From assembly GCA_965655095.1 (NCBI GenBank), contig OZ296649.1:33294001-33358000 (forward strand): 64,000 nucleotides of DNA, written 5' to 3'. Origin of the DNA: Haplodiscus bocki. Its lineage: Eukaryota. Shown here in pieces: positions 51,576 through 64,000 of this stretch. Numbering within the stretch: the stretch's first letter is position 1; each line of letters begins with the position of its first letter. Below the pieces are notes generated by a model, which was given only the letters and a program-made list of their open reading frames with translations, was not told where the DNA came from and did not search any database. The translations under genes and the position numbers were made by a program.

Positions 51576-54500
51576 TTGGGTGTAATCGGCTTTGATTTGC
51601 CCAAACGCAGTCCTTGAACTTTTTTCTTGGAATTTTAGAGGAAAATAGGACGTTATTCTCCCTTTTTCATATATATGCTCTTTGCCGAAACAATTGAAAA
51701 AAGAATGGTCGGATAGATGCCAGTAATAGGAGTCTGTTTTAATTTCTTGTACTTTCTGTTAATTGTATCGTTTTTGTTCGAAACAAAACATAAAGAGGAA
51801 AATGGGAAGATGCAATCCTTGTAAGCTTAGATGACACTGTCAGCAATAACTGATTGAATTCCAGATGTAAATCCAATGTACATATTTGTTCATTAGTGAT
51901 GTCCACTTCATTAGCAAGCTTAACAAGTGGATGAAACGGAGTAGATGTTTCTACAACAATGGAGCCCTGGTTGACTGGTCCTTTAGAGGCAAAAAGTTGA
52001 GGTCCTCAAGGAGACTTCGTTAAAAGATTCTTTACACTTCAGGTTTACTGTTGCAGCAGATTGTTTGAACGAGGCTTTTTCAAATAACTGTTAAATTTTC
52101 GCAGCACAATGTTTCATCGTTTCAGTATCCTTTCTTGGTAAAAGTTAGGGCTTAACGTCTGTTCAACAAGCAGTCTTTCCTGGAAGGCGGTGACAAGGGA
52201 AGGTCAATCTTTTTTTCAATTATCTGGGATGCGTGAAAGCATGCTTAGTGCTCTTCCAACTAAAAGACATTGAACGTCGACCATTTTTTGTACTATTGAT
52301 TATATGGATTAGGGTCAATAGGCTGTGGTCTCATATTAAAAGTCAAAGAAGCGTTGAATTGGTGTATTTTCTCTTCATGAATATAAGGATGGTATACGCC
52401 ATCAAAGGTTTTCGAACATTATTTCCTAACACTAAAACACTAAAAGGTACTCTGTTATTTGAAAAGTCTCTCGGTATCAGTTCTTTGGTATTGAGGCAGA
52501 AGTTTTTGGTGACTGAGAATCTGGTAGTTTTGTTATCATAGTTGACTGTTGATTTTGATAAAAATTACGGTCAGTGACTTTACTTTTGAAGTTGGTCTTT
52601 GTTTGAATTGGAGGTGGACTTCTGCTTATGAAAGAATAAGTGTCAGCAAAATTATTATCTTCAAGTGGTGTTGTGGGAGGTTTTAGAGTTGCGAAGCTTT
52701 CAGTTTTTTAGTTTCCAGAAGAATCTTTCGTGAGTATCCTTTCTGGAAGTTGATGATGAGCAGTAAGTGTCTATCAAGAACCTGGACAACGTCAGAAAAA
52801 CAGGCCCTTCGAGAATGCTTGTACTCCGTACGTGTATTCGCTGTTATTAGTGTCCAAAAGTTAGCAGAATGTTCTGGTTCTAACGAATAGCTAGTAAAAG
52901 ATGGTTCCGTGAAGGAATCAGGCCTTTGCAATAGTTTTTAATCCGAACTTCCAGATGAATTCTCTCGTTAGTTTTTACATTTGCTGAAAAACGGATCCTA
53001 TAAGATGACCGTGTGTTCGTTATGAGGTGATACAGTTTAATCTCTCTCTGCATTTGACATTTCAGTGATTCTTTGCTCAAATATTCCATAGGTTTTTAGC
53101 TGTGCACTTCGTAAAATGAACTGAGAAGAGGTATTTTTTTACAGTCAATAGTTTTGATTGAGCTAGGTGGTTTTTTTCTTGTTTTTGAACAACGTAAATA
53201 AGTCCAATATTTTCTACAGGAAATTCAGCTACAGTAAAGCCTTGACAAGAGTTTTCTAGTTGAGTAGTGATATCAAGGTGAATTTGACGAAGTCATACAA
53301 AATGAGGCTTCTTTTCTCATTATCAACTAGAAAATTAGGAAATCATGATGTTCAAAATGGTTAGGAAATGCAAGTCATTCCGTGGGTCCCAAAGCAAAAT
53401 GTAACTAAATCTGAACATATGACGTTCAGGCAGAGAAAAATTTAACTTGACAATTGAAGGTTTGGTCGAGAATATTTCGAGAGAAGGTTATATATCGAAA
53501 AATATTAGCTGGAGTTTAGTCACGTAGAAGCCAGAGATTTTATTTTTGTTAGTGTTTGAGTTTGTTTGTTGCACAAGTTTCACAAAGGGACGTTTAACTA
53601 ACAAACGTTTCAAAAGAACACGGTGGGAATCAGAAGGTTTTGAGAAATCAATCGCTTATTGCTGTTTTTGTAGAAAATGAGGAAAATCATCGACTTTAGG
53701 TAAGATAAGATCAATTGGGTTGAACTTTTGAGTGAATGTTCTGGAAACAAATTAGGAATATGATGAAAATTGAAACTTGAAAGACTGATCAGCGAGAGTT
53801 CCTTCAAAAGCTCTCGAAATAATCTGACGCAGATTAGGATCATAAAGTTCTCCAATGAGAGAATGAATCACTTGTATTTATCTTTTCGTTCAAAAGGCAT
53901 TGCATTTTTTGATATTTGAATGCTACTAACTACAAAAGGAAACGGCTTTAGTAAAAACAACACAATGTGGTCTGTGAGAAAGAAATGTCTGACAGATTAT
54001 CACGACTCTGAATCGGCTGGTCGTAAAAAGATGTGAGAATTAATTGGTGCAATATCATGAATTGTGCCCGAACCCCAGTTTTTTGGAAAATCATCATTAA
54101 AATGGATGCAGGGAGCCGATCTACGAGGTGAATTAGAGATTTTTTTTGTCCTTTTAGACTTTTCAGACTGTCTATGCAAAGAACTCTGCATAAACCTTCC
54201 AAAAGTTCCCGAAACTGTGTTTTATTCGTTTTCGAGTAACTGTTTTCACGTTCCCGTACTTGTGACTTTTATGAACTTTTTGTACTCTTGCTTGATGTTC
54301 TATGAAAATCAGTTGTACTTGGTCAGCTATAGTTTTGCGCTTCTACAGGATTGATATTGCAAAGGATGAGAGAATAATTTTTTTAGAATGGTCTTGATTT
54401 TCTTCTTCATCTTAAGATTTAGGAGCAAAATCATTAGTTACAGGTTTAGCCAATTGTGAAATTTAGCTATTCAACAGGGAAAAATTTTCTGTAGGGTACA

Positions 54501-57500
54501 GAAAGCCTTTTAAAAACAGAGTAAACATACAGAGGTAAGATTTCTGTGGGCATTGGACTAACTGCGGGAGTTTGATTTCCAATTCAATGACGAGCAAAAA
54601 AAACAGAGTTCAATGAAAAGGTTATCAGTTAGATTGTACTTACGTTGAAAGTTCAAAGAAATGGAAGAGTTTAAATGCAAGAAGAACTAGAAAATGGATT
54701 TAAAATTTTGAATCTTGAAAATTTGATGGTTGTTGGTGTTTACTTCAAAGAACTTTGGGAGATTTTTGCTTTCAACTCTGAAGTTGTTAGCAATTCTCAA
54801 ATCACGTTCAACTGAAATAGAGGGCATTTCTCAAAGTTTCCGTTTTTTTACAATGTAGATATGGCGCGAAAATAGATCATCAAGACTGGGGTCACGAAAC
54901 TCTGAGCAGGCAACTTTTGTTTCCACCGAACTCCTGATCAATACGAAGTAAAATTTCACTTCAATGTTTTACAGGACTAGAGTATTCTGCAAGGCACAAC
55001 GAAGGTCAGTTTTGTGTTGAAACTTTCTAATGACAACAGCGTCGTCTTTAGGGATTCAGAAGTTTCTCGATTGCCGGTACCCAAAAAATCAGTGACGCTA
55101 TGTACCAAGTTGGTTCGACTCCGACTTTAAGTCCTACTGAAAGAAGAGGAAAAAGAGTGTCACATGCGGTGATTTCTACCACGAATTCCATTTGTATTGT
55201 TTATGCAATTCCGATATCATTTTTGCGTAAACTTTTAGGATCTGTTGTAGCTGATGAAATTCAAAGAAAAAACCAGTTCTAGGTTTCGAAACGCCAGATA
55301 AAATTAAGTTCTGAGGAGTTGTGGTTTATGAAGTTCTGCTAGAGAAATATTTTACAAAAAGCATTGAGAGAGGCTACCAAAATAGAAACTAGACAGCCAC
55401 CTTAAATATGAGATGGAACAAACTATATTCCAGTTTAATTGAAGGCTCGAATGTGTTTACCTCAGGGTACAGTTGAGACTCAGTTACTAACCTTGATATT
55501 AAAGACTGAAATATAATATCTCCAGGACAAGTTTTTCTTGAAAAAACCTGAATGTTTACTATACAAAGAGCAAGTTTACAAATAAAACGAATTCAAAATC
55601 AAAGCGTGCAGTGAAACTTTTTCAAAAGTTATTTATTGAAAGATAGTATGTCTCTTAAGGGTTTTTTTGTCTACGGGAAAGAAGAGAAAACAAAAGTCAA
55701 AAATTAGGAAGAAGAGAAGAAAAAAAAGAAGTGGAGTGCAAAGAGAAGGAGAAGGTAGAAGGCACAGAAGCAGTTTCGCGGGATAACACCTAACGGGAAT
55801 CCAAGCCAAATTGTAACAGATTGTACGTTTTTGTGGTTTTATTCCTTTAGTATATTTTTTGTTAAAAGTCTACGTACAACAGAATTACACTATGTAGTTT
55901 AAATGGTTTATTACTTAATTCGTTCTCAGCTCCAATTTTTACGGTCTAGCTTGTATGACTTGAGGATGAGGAACACAACAGTCACAACTATTGCTTTTTT
56001 TCTCTGGAGGAATATATCCTTTCCATGAAACTGGGTTTGGTATGAAACTTGACCTTTATTTTTCAGCGAATAGCGTTAATCTACAAAAGCAACATCGACG
56101 TTTCTAAAAACAATACATCCAACGGGGCCTATTGAGAAAATTTTCTTTTCATTTAACAATTGCCATGAAGTATGTCGGGCTTTTCAGTGTAGAGCGTTTA
56201 GTAGTGTTTGGTTAGGTTTTAGCTTAACAGTTCTCATGTCTTAAGGGAATTGTTTGACAGTTTGATTTGGTGTCAAGTTTCCTATTTACAAACAAAGTGA
56301 GCTTTCAACATTACAAAAGCTAAGATGTCGTTGCTGAAGTTGACAACGTGGTCAACATGCCTAAGAATTGAACAAGGGAAGGCTTCCGAAAAGCAGTCTC
56401 GGCATATGTAATGAGTCTTCCAAAACATTTTCAGTCTTGATTTGTATTAAAACCCAGTTGACGTGACTCAATCGCGAAGTGGTTTTTCCGACCGTGTTTT
56501 TGAGAATTCGGACTCAAACTTTGAAGAATCAAACAAATAAGGTGATTTACAATTATTGTGGCAAAAAAATGAAGAACAGTTTTAACTCGAAAAAACACTA
56601 ACTTGCAAGGTCTCGAAAGTTTATATTTGTAATTGACAGTTGGAGAAATGGAGCTTAAAAAGAAAGGAAGTGGCTTTGATACGAAGACGTCAACAGTTTT
56701 CCTGGCCGCAACATCTGACCGCAGATTAAAGTAACCTAATTGAAACTAGTATCAGATTGAAACTCTGGTTTTGAATTTTTTGGAGAAGTAGTTGTATGGG
56801 TTCGATTTTACTCACCAAAAAAATGATTAAATTCCTGGTGAAGTAATGCATAATAAATAGTGCGAATAACCCCTCCTCCGATCATTCTTCAGTTTTCCAT
56901 TGCTCTGGAAGGTGTTTGAGCTGAACTGTCAAGTCAAAGTGTGTTTCCATTTTCCGCCAGGCCTCAACTCCAAAAATTTCTCTCAAACACTACTGATTAA
57001 AATGCAGTCATCCACTGACACATCAGAATCCCTGGAGGTGGTAAATTTGCTTGACAGCGGATTTAATCGTTTCTTCAAGAACATGCCTATTTCTTGGCAA
57101 TCATCTGAAAAAGGAACAACATTATCGTAAAAGGGAATACTTCACATAACACGGTTTTGTTTGGGACACTCCGTATATGAAAATGACCTTTTTCTCGCTA
57201 GTTACTTCACAAAACCTTTCATCACTTGGCTGTAAAACTAACTAAACCGATCCCTAACCTAAAATACTCAGTCAAGTATTTCTCTCAACTGGACTTTATT
57301 AACCAATTGTATGGTTGTTTGATATCTTGTGTAGCAATGCAACTTCAAAAGAGTCAATCCTCCTCCGCAATATGGTTAAAGTTTATAATGGTTTTCAAGT
57401 CTTTATTACAAACTGTCAAATCAAAATGTGTTCCGAAGTCGCCTGTCTTCCGAAGTTGACTTCTCAAAAAATTCTGGTTAGCTTGTGGCCAAGCAGTGCT

Positions 57501-58829
57501 CATAAATTAAACTGCTATCTGGTAAACGTAAAGGACTTAAGGACTTGAGGTTTCACGGAAGGTGCATTTGCATACCTTTCTCGCAAAAGCTGTCGTTTCA
57601 TAGATTGAAAATTGAAAATTTTTTATTTGAGTCTGTTTCCAATTGTTTTTCTCAAAACAATACCACCAGATCGCGATCATCCAGTCCTCAATTAAAAGCT
57701 ACAGTTCCAAAGTTGTTGAAACGAAACAATCGTGTCCTGGTTCAATCCTCTTTTACTTTCCACATGAAAAGTTTCGACTGGTTACTTTTATGTCGAAGTT
57801 TCCCTCATCTGCCGTGACTTCGCACATTCTGACATGAAGACGCAATCTTCATTCTAGTCAAATTCTTTCCCGTGTTCTGGTCTTTTCGAACACTTGGCTG
57901 TTTTGACGTCACCGGAGAGTCTTAGCATCAAATGTCAAGGGCTACAAACGGCCTCTTTTTCAGTTTTGAGCAATCAATTCATCGTTTTTACGGTCAAGAG
58001 GCGCTGCTTTTTCAAATTTTAAATTTTAAACTGCAAAAGGACAAACAGCGTTGTTTTGAATATAAAACACTTCGTTCGGAGAGTTGGAGAGTTGCCTTTT
58101 CTGGTTTCGGTTGTTTCACAAATCCCATGGACATTCACCTGTGATACAGCGTTGCTTCGAAGGAATTTATTAAAAAACTAAGTTTTACGAATTACTTTGA
58201 CATGTTTTCTTCCACTTTCTAGCTTCCTTCACCAAAATGTGACTATCAATCGGTCGAAAATTCTAATTACAAGAAAATCAATCGCATTTCCGATTATGGA
58301 TACTGTTTGTGAATTCCACAGTATCTTTGATCAGAACTCTCAGGTCAACTTGCGTCACGATGTTCCGCTCGGCATTTGTTTCCAATTTGTTTTTTCTTAC
58401 TATACTGGTTGACTTGCGGCCATCAAGGGACATTTTAAGAACCCAAGATTTGGATAATGCACCTGAAAGCGGCATTCACCTAAATTGTGCTAATTTCTGA
58501 GCCTTCAGGCAAAAGTTCAACAACATAATCATTAAAGATTATGTTTTAAATATAATCTTTTGCGAATGAGACATTGGGGGTGGGAACTTGTTCAGAATAC
58601 CCTTGTTTACTCCCTTCAACTTTCATTTGCAAAACGGCCTGTCGTAAAAGGAAGTTACTGATAAATCTAGTTTTCAAGTGCATAACACTCAGACAGGTAC
58701 ATGGCTCAATACGCTTCTTTATTTTTCGCCGCATATGTAATATGCAAGAAAAATTATTCATTCAGGAGGGTCGTTTTTCTTCTTTTTCAGACCAAAATTG
58801 CTAACTCTTTTTAATCAAAAATAAATGAC

Positions 58830-59290
58830 AGCGGTAGGCTTAGGACAACAAGGTTCTCAAGCAGTAGGTTCGGGGTTCGAGTCACTGCCCTGCCAAAAAT
58901 TTTTACGATTTATCCCTAACATTTTTCGATACCCGAAATTAATGAAACACTAAAGGGTTCCCCTACGAAATTTTTCGGCACTAAGAGACAAAAGACTTTT
59001 GACAGGAAATCGTTATACTCCCTCCCTCCCCCCCCCCCTCTTTTCCATTAATTTTTTCGATACCAGAAACTTTGTGAAACACAGAAAGGTTCCTCTACGA
59101 AAATTTTCGGCACTGTGAGCCAAAAAGTTTTCGACGGAAAATCTTGGTACCCCCCTCTCCTATCCCTAACATTTTTTGACAACAAAATTTTTTTGAAACA
59201 CGGAAGGGTTCCTCGACGAATTTTTTGGCCATGTGGGACGAAACTTTTTCAAGGGAAAATCGTGATACCCTTTTGCATAAAGTACAGAAA
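58830..59290 (+). repeat. tRNA-like head followed by three ~120-130-bp tandem units
   Basis: ggggttcgagtc B-box-like word at ~58872; gaaacac..a.gggttcc.ctacgaa..ttttcggcact-like words at ~58944, ~59076 and ~59195. Confidence 0.65.
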
Positions 59291-62200
59291 TCAGTGGTGA
59301 ATTGATTTGTAAAAACTCTTTGAAAACTAATATCGAAACAGTTTTGTTTTTAACCGTTTGCAAAAATTGATCAAAATATTTGTAGTTGGGCGAAAAATAT
59401 GCCGGTGGTAGCCGGCCGTCTTGTCTAAACAATTTTATTTTCACAGGTGGTGTGAAAAGGTAGCTATAGAGGTGTCCTTCACATCTCCGATCACGGTTCT
59501 TGTTGGTTTTCACGCCTTTTGACATGAACTGCCATTTCAAAATCTGTCATTTTGTTTTTCTAAGGACCAGTGCTGAAACTGCAGCTACCAAGATTTGCTT
59601 CAAAATTCTGCTGTATGGTGAAGTGTGAAAGGTCGGTCTTTTTGTTTCCTACTATGCCCGCAAGATTCCTAAAAATGTTGTTGGAATTTGGAGAAGTGGA
59701 CTCTTGAATCTTTTCACAGCTCTAACTCAAGAAACACTGGTTGAAATGCTGCTATCCTGTGCTCACCTAAAAAACGGATCTTTGTTACAAGTATAGAAAT
59801 TCAGAATAATAATGTTCCTCTTTCTCACTCGAGTTTTCTTGACTTGCTCTTAAGAAACTCAAAAAATCTTAACTGCGCTTCTTTTAAAAGTTGCTTTTCT
59901 CAAATCCTAGAGTTTGGGTTGAAGCCATCCACAACCCCGGCAAAAACTGGCCAGCACAATTTTTGAAGAAGGGGGAAATTTCCCGTATGAGAAGTTTTGT
60001 ACTATACCTTAGGAAAAATTTGACGTGATTAATTTACTTCAAAGGTTTTTTCTTCTTTCCGTATGTTGACCCAGAGCAAATTGTAAACGCACCAAGTTTT
60101 GGTGACCTGAGAATCTTGCTTGTATCTACATCACCGGAGTGTCTAGTCTTTTTTTAAAAAAACAGTTGCAAACGGCCCCCTTTGAGACAATTGGCAGGCC
60201 TTTTTTCGTTTTCGCAGTCCAAAAAAGTTTGTTTTTCAACCATTCGTCTAAAAATTGACAAACATTGTCGTCTAGAAGTCATTTCCCTAGTATACATAAA
60301 GTAATGATCATGAGAGTGTAGCCGTGGAAAGTTTTTTTTCACGCGCTAGTTACTTCTCGAATCCTTTCGACTTTTGGCTGCAAAACAGCTCAACGCAAAA
60401 AGAAGTTACTGATTGGTCAAGTTTCGAGTGCAAAACACTTGGGCCTCTACTTGGCTCGATAAATTTTTGTCTTTCAAGCGTTCATTTTCAGGTTGGTATT
60501 TTATTTTAATCATAAACGTGTCCATTGATTGTTCGATCACGATTTTTCTGTTTTTGAGGATCTTTGATCTGAACAATCAACTTAGAAGTGGTCGGAAGTT
60601 GCGCTTCGCCTGTGTGTTCAAAATCTATTTTCTCGCAGGCCACTCGTTTTTTTTCCTGCTGGACAAAAATACTTCAAAAACCACCGAATTGGTAAGGTTT
60701 TAGGAAACCGGGATTTGCTGTTTCCTAACGTTTACGCAAAAAATATTGACTGTTAATCTGAACTTGGAGAAGTATTCTTTTGACATTTTTTTGAAACTCT
60801 CTCTCTCTCAAGGAACAATGGCTGAGTTGCCGCCATCGGGAAGTACTTCAGAAGCCAGAAAACTTTGAAAGTACAGAAAAACGAGTTATTCACAAATTTT
60901 GCGTGAAAAAATTTTACTTGCGGTTTGAAACTACAGAAAGGATAATTGCATCTAATTTCAAAACTTTCTCTCAGACGATACGGTCCGGATTGCAGTCATC
61001 CAGTGCTCCTTCAGAGTCTGGAAAAGTGAATATCCTCTAAAAAGGAGGGTTTTTCCAATTGGGATTTTTCATGGTAGCACATGAACCATTATTTTTAATT
61101 CGATTTTTTTTTCCAAATTTACATTTTGCCTCATCAATTATTGTATCCAAAACAGCAGTTAAACGATTTTCGATGAACTTACATTTTTGCTAGCTTCAAC
61201 ATCACAAAAGGCTGAATTTAAATACTGTAACGAGTTGGAAACGACTCCCCGGGTGACTTTTGTCAGGTACTTTTCGTTTTTTCAATCGAAAGAAAAGTTG
61301 ACTTTTAAAAAACATCACCTGGAAATTCAACAAAAGCAATGATAGAAGGCCATGTTTCACAAATCAAATTTTTGATTGTGAGACAGTGACCTTAAGAATC
61401 CCATCCATATTGCGTTAGATAAACATTTCTTCTTTTCATTAAGTTTCCTGGTTTTTTTGCTGCAAACCAATAGGAAAAGTGGGAAGTTCAAGTTCTTAAG
61501 TACGAAACAATTGGACAAGTTGTTGTGTGAGTGTGAATCCGTCGAAGAAAACTTTGATTGGCAACTGGTGTAGCAATGAAATTACAAAAGTGTGAATCTT
61601 TTCACCGATCATGGTTTTGTTTTCAGTTTTTTTGGGATGGTTAACTGAACTGTCATGTTAAATTGTGTTACGATTTCTTGTTTCGCATGAGTTTGCAGAA
61701 TGATAAAACAAATACTTATGGTTTAGATACAGCCATCCAGTGACACGTGAAATGCCCATGATTTGCTAAAAAAAATGTGAAGTGGATAGGGGCGTTTTTT
61801 TTCAAAAAAAATTAAAAATTGTTGAGTTTCGCATATTCCTTTTTCTGTTAACTTCCTGAACAACTAACTGTGTCGTGAAGGCAACAGCATCGGGAAAAGT
61901 CGTGTTTCACAAGTCACTTTTCTAATTATGACATTGTGTTGGTGGAAATTTGTTCTGTTTAAATTGGTGAATTGGCGAATCACTGGTACTTTCAGCTAAA
62001 AAGTTAGTGTGTTTTTTGTGATGTTGTTTGTTTTTCGACGATTGAGATTTGCAACTTAGGATGCAAACACTGAACTGCTCAAGCTGACAATTGTCAGACG
62101 AGATATATCCTTCCTCTTTCGAAGTTATAATCCAGCTGGCTTCTTGTGACGACAACCAAACTCTACGTGGCTAACACTTCGACTCAAAATAACTATAACT

Positions 62201-64000
62201 ACATGGATGGTTTATATGCATCTCTACTTTTCCTCCAAAGGTAAGTCTCTGAACAAACATTCCATAAAATTGAATGAATATCTTCCCCAGCTGAATGTCA
62301 ATGTATTGGATTCAACAGGCACTTTGAAGAAGGAATTTTTTTTTCAGAGTGATCGTGTCATTTTCATTACTTAATTTGTGATTCAATACGTTTTGTCTTC
62401 AAACTTTCCTCCTCCAGTTAAGTTTTCCCTGATTTTAGTTCACAGATTCTTTGAATCTCAGGGAGATGTGGAAGCTTTCAAAGGTTTACTTTTTTCAAAG
62501 CTATTGAATCTGCTTGAAGTCTTCAGTGGGTTCGTCTTGGAAGCTTTGACTTTCTCAGAAGTAAAATTCAGGGTCTCGAACTTGAGTTCATGCAGTTTTT
62601 TTAACACGAATGAGTTCAGTTTAGTTTGTTCACTCTGGTCTCTTGTTCGATGATTTGCATGGCTATTACTTCGTTGGAGAAAGACTTTGAAATGCAACTT
62701 TCAGTAAACGTGAAGATTAAGCCGGTAGTTTGACTTGTTCGACAAGAACGATGTCAGAAAGTGGAATGGATCTTGATTTGGTGGCAGAAAATGCAGAGAT
62801 GGCTTTCAAGAACTTGGTTCATCGGAACAATGTTTTTTGTCGAAACTGAGCGTTAGATGTTTTAGTTTTTCAGTACACGTTGAGAGGAAGCAAAAAAACC
62901 GGCACTGGGATTAGTTTTATAAAAACTGAGTTTCATTGTGAAAGAGGCTGATACCAGGGGGTTGATTAACAACTTGGTAATTTTATATTTAGGAAAACTC
63001 ACAAACAAATTATATTTTTTGAAGTTTCAGGGGTATGCACTTGTAAGGCTTCTAAGGGGATTACAGTAAGATTTTGGTATATATTTGACTCAAAAGTTTA
63101 GAATAATTCCTAAATTGATTGAAGTCTTCTCCCTCAAAAAAATTTTGAGCTAGTGGACTAATATTCGTCTGCCCATGTATCTACTCAGCCTTGCTGTGAG
63201 CGTTTTATAAAGGATATTTAGCAGTCTTTGGCAAAGTAATCTCATGCGGCAAAATTGCAACAGAATGCATTCAGTGCATTGTTAATCAGAGCTGTGGCAC
63301 AATTGAACAAACTCCTAGTGGTTAGTGCAGCAGAGTCTCGGAGTGCAAAAGCACAAGAACAAGAGAAACCCAAAAGAACATAGCGTGCAGTTATTACAGT
63401 AAAACCAAAGATTCACAGCTTAAAAAAGGGATTATAACCCAGTTCGCAGTGGTGCAATATAGTGGCATTTCTCAGTTGGGTGGTGAATAAAGACCATAAA
63501 GGTGTGAAGTGGATTACCAACGCCAGAAAGGAGACCAGCCAAACTTTCCGTCATCAAAATTCAGTAAAGACGAAACCGCAGAGGAAGTAACGATTGAAGT
63601 CATCTTGAAAAGGGACACGGACGGAACTGAAAAGTTCATCCAAAGACAAAAGTTGGGTGTTGAGAGCTAGATTGAGCAGAGATGAACCAGAGACAGATGG
63701 CCAAAAACAGCTGCAGGCATTTAAGCAGAGCGGCTTAGACTGCGTGACGGACCACAGCCAGAGGTCTCATCGTAAAATGCCATTGTTGTCAGTGTGGTAG
63801 TGGAAGCCACAAATAAGGATGTGAAACGAAAGATTTGATTACACTTTCCATGTAGCATGAAGATAAAACCATTATTTCAGTACCGTATAGTTTTCAATCA
63901 CTTATTTCTTCTGCAGACAATAATGATGAGGAAATGTCATGAAAGGATTTTTTGGAATTCTTTTTGCAGCGTGCTTGCGAAGTAGATTAACTATTTTTTT

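Noticed and set aside
58830-58895. Functional tRNA gene (also ~7350 and ~55110)
   Set aside because: Only B-box-like words; no convincing acceptor, D or anticodon stems.

Overview
AT-rich, repeat-dominated eukaryotic DNA, most likely from an invertebrate animal (spliceosomal introns, an IQCB1 homologue, Ty3/Gypsy and Polinton relics). It is not prokaryotic, so most short TTG/GTG-started ORFs in the supplied track are noise. From left to right: (1) a ~175-bp satellite with an 8-monomer higher-order repeat (1-2290); (2) one intact HELZ/HELZ2-like helicase exon (6810-7034); (3) an intron-containing IQCB1/NPHP5 pseudogene (+) lying tail-to-tail with a decayed RasGAP/IQGAP-like fragment (-); (4) a decayed Polinton/Maverick-type element with a protein-primed PolB (~16.5-24.3 kb, -); (5) LTR-like fragments; (6) a ~14-kb degenerate Ty3/Gypsy element on the minus strand (~28.1-42.2 kb); (7) a 200-N gap and further heavily decayed elements. 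The Gypsy element is the most interesting object. It has a probable ~3-kb LTR, a pre-gag leader packed with duplicated small ORFs (three encode hydrophobic micropeptides) with tight stop-start junctions, and a TARG1/OARD1-type macrodomain between protease and RT. Its 3' accessory region carries an intact antisense ORF facing away from a decayed sense ORF, giving a complex-retrovirus-like organisation. Protein identifications rest on manual motif recognition, not database searches, and boundaries of decayed elements are approximate.
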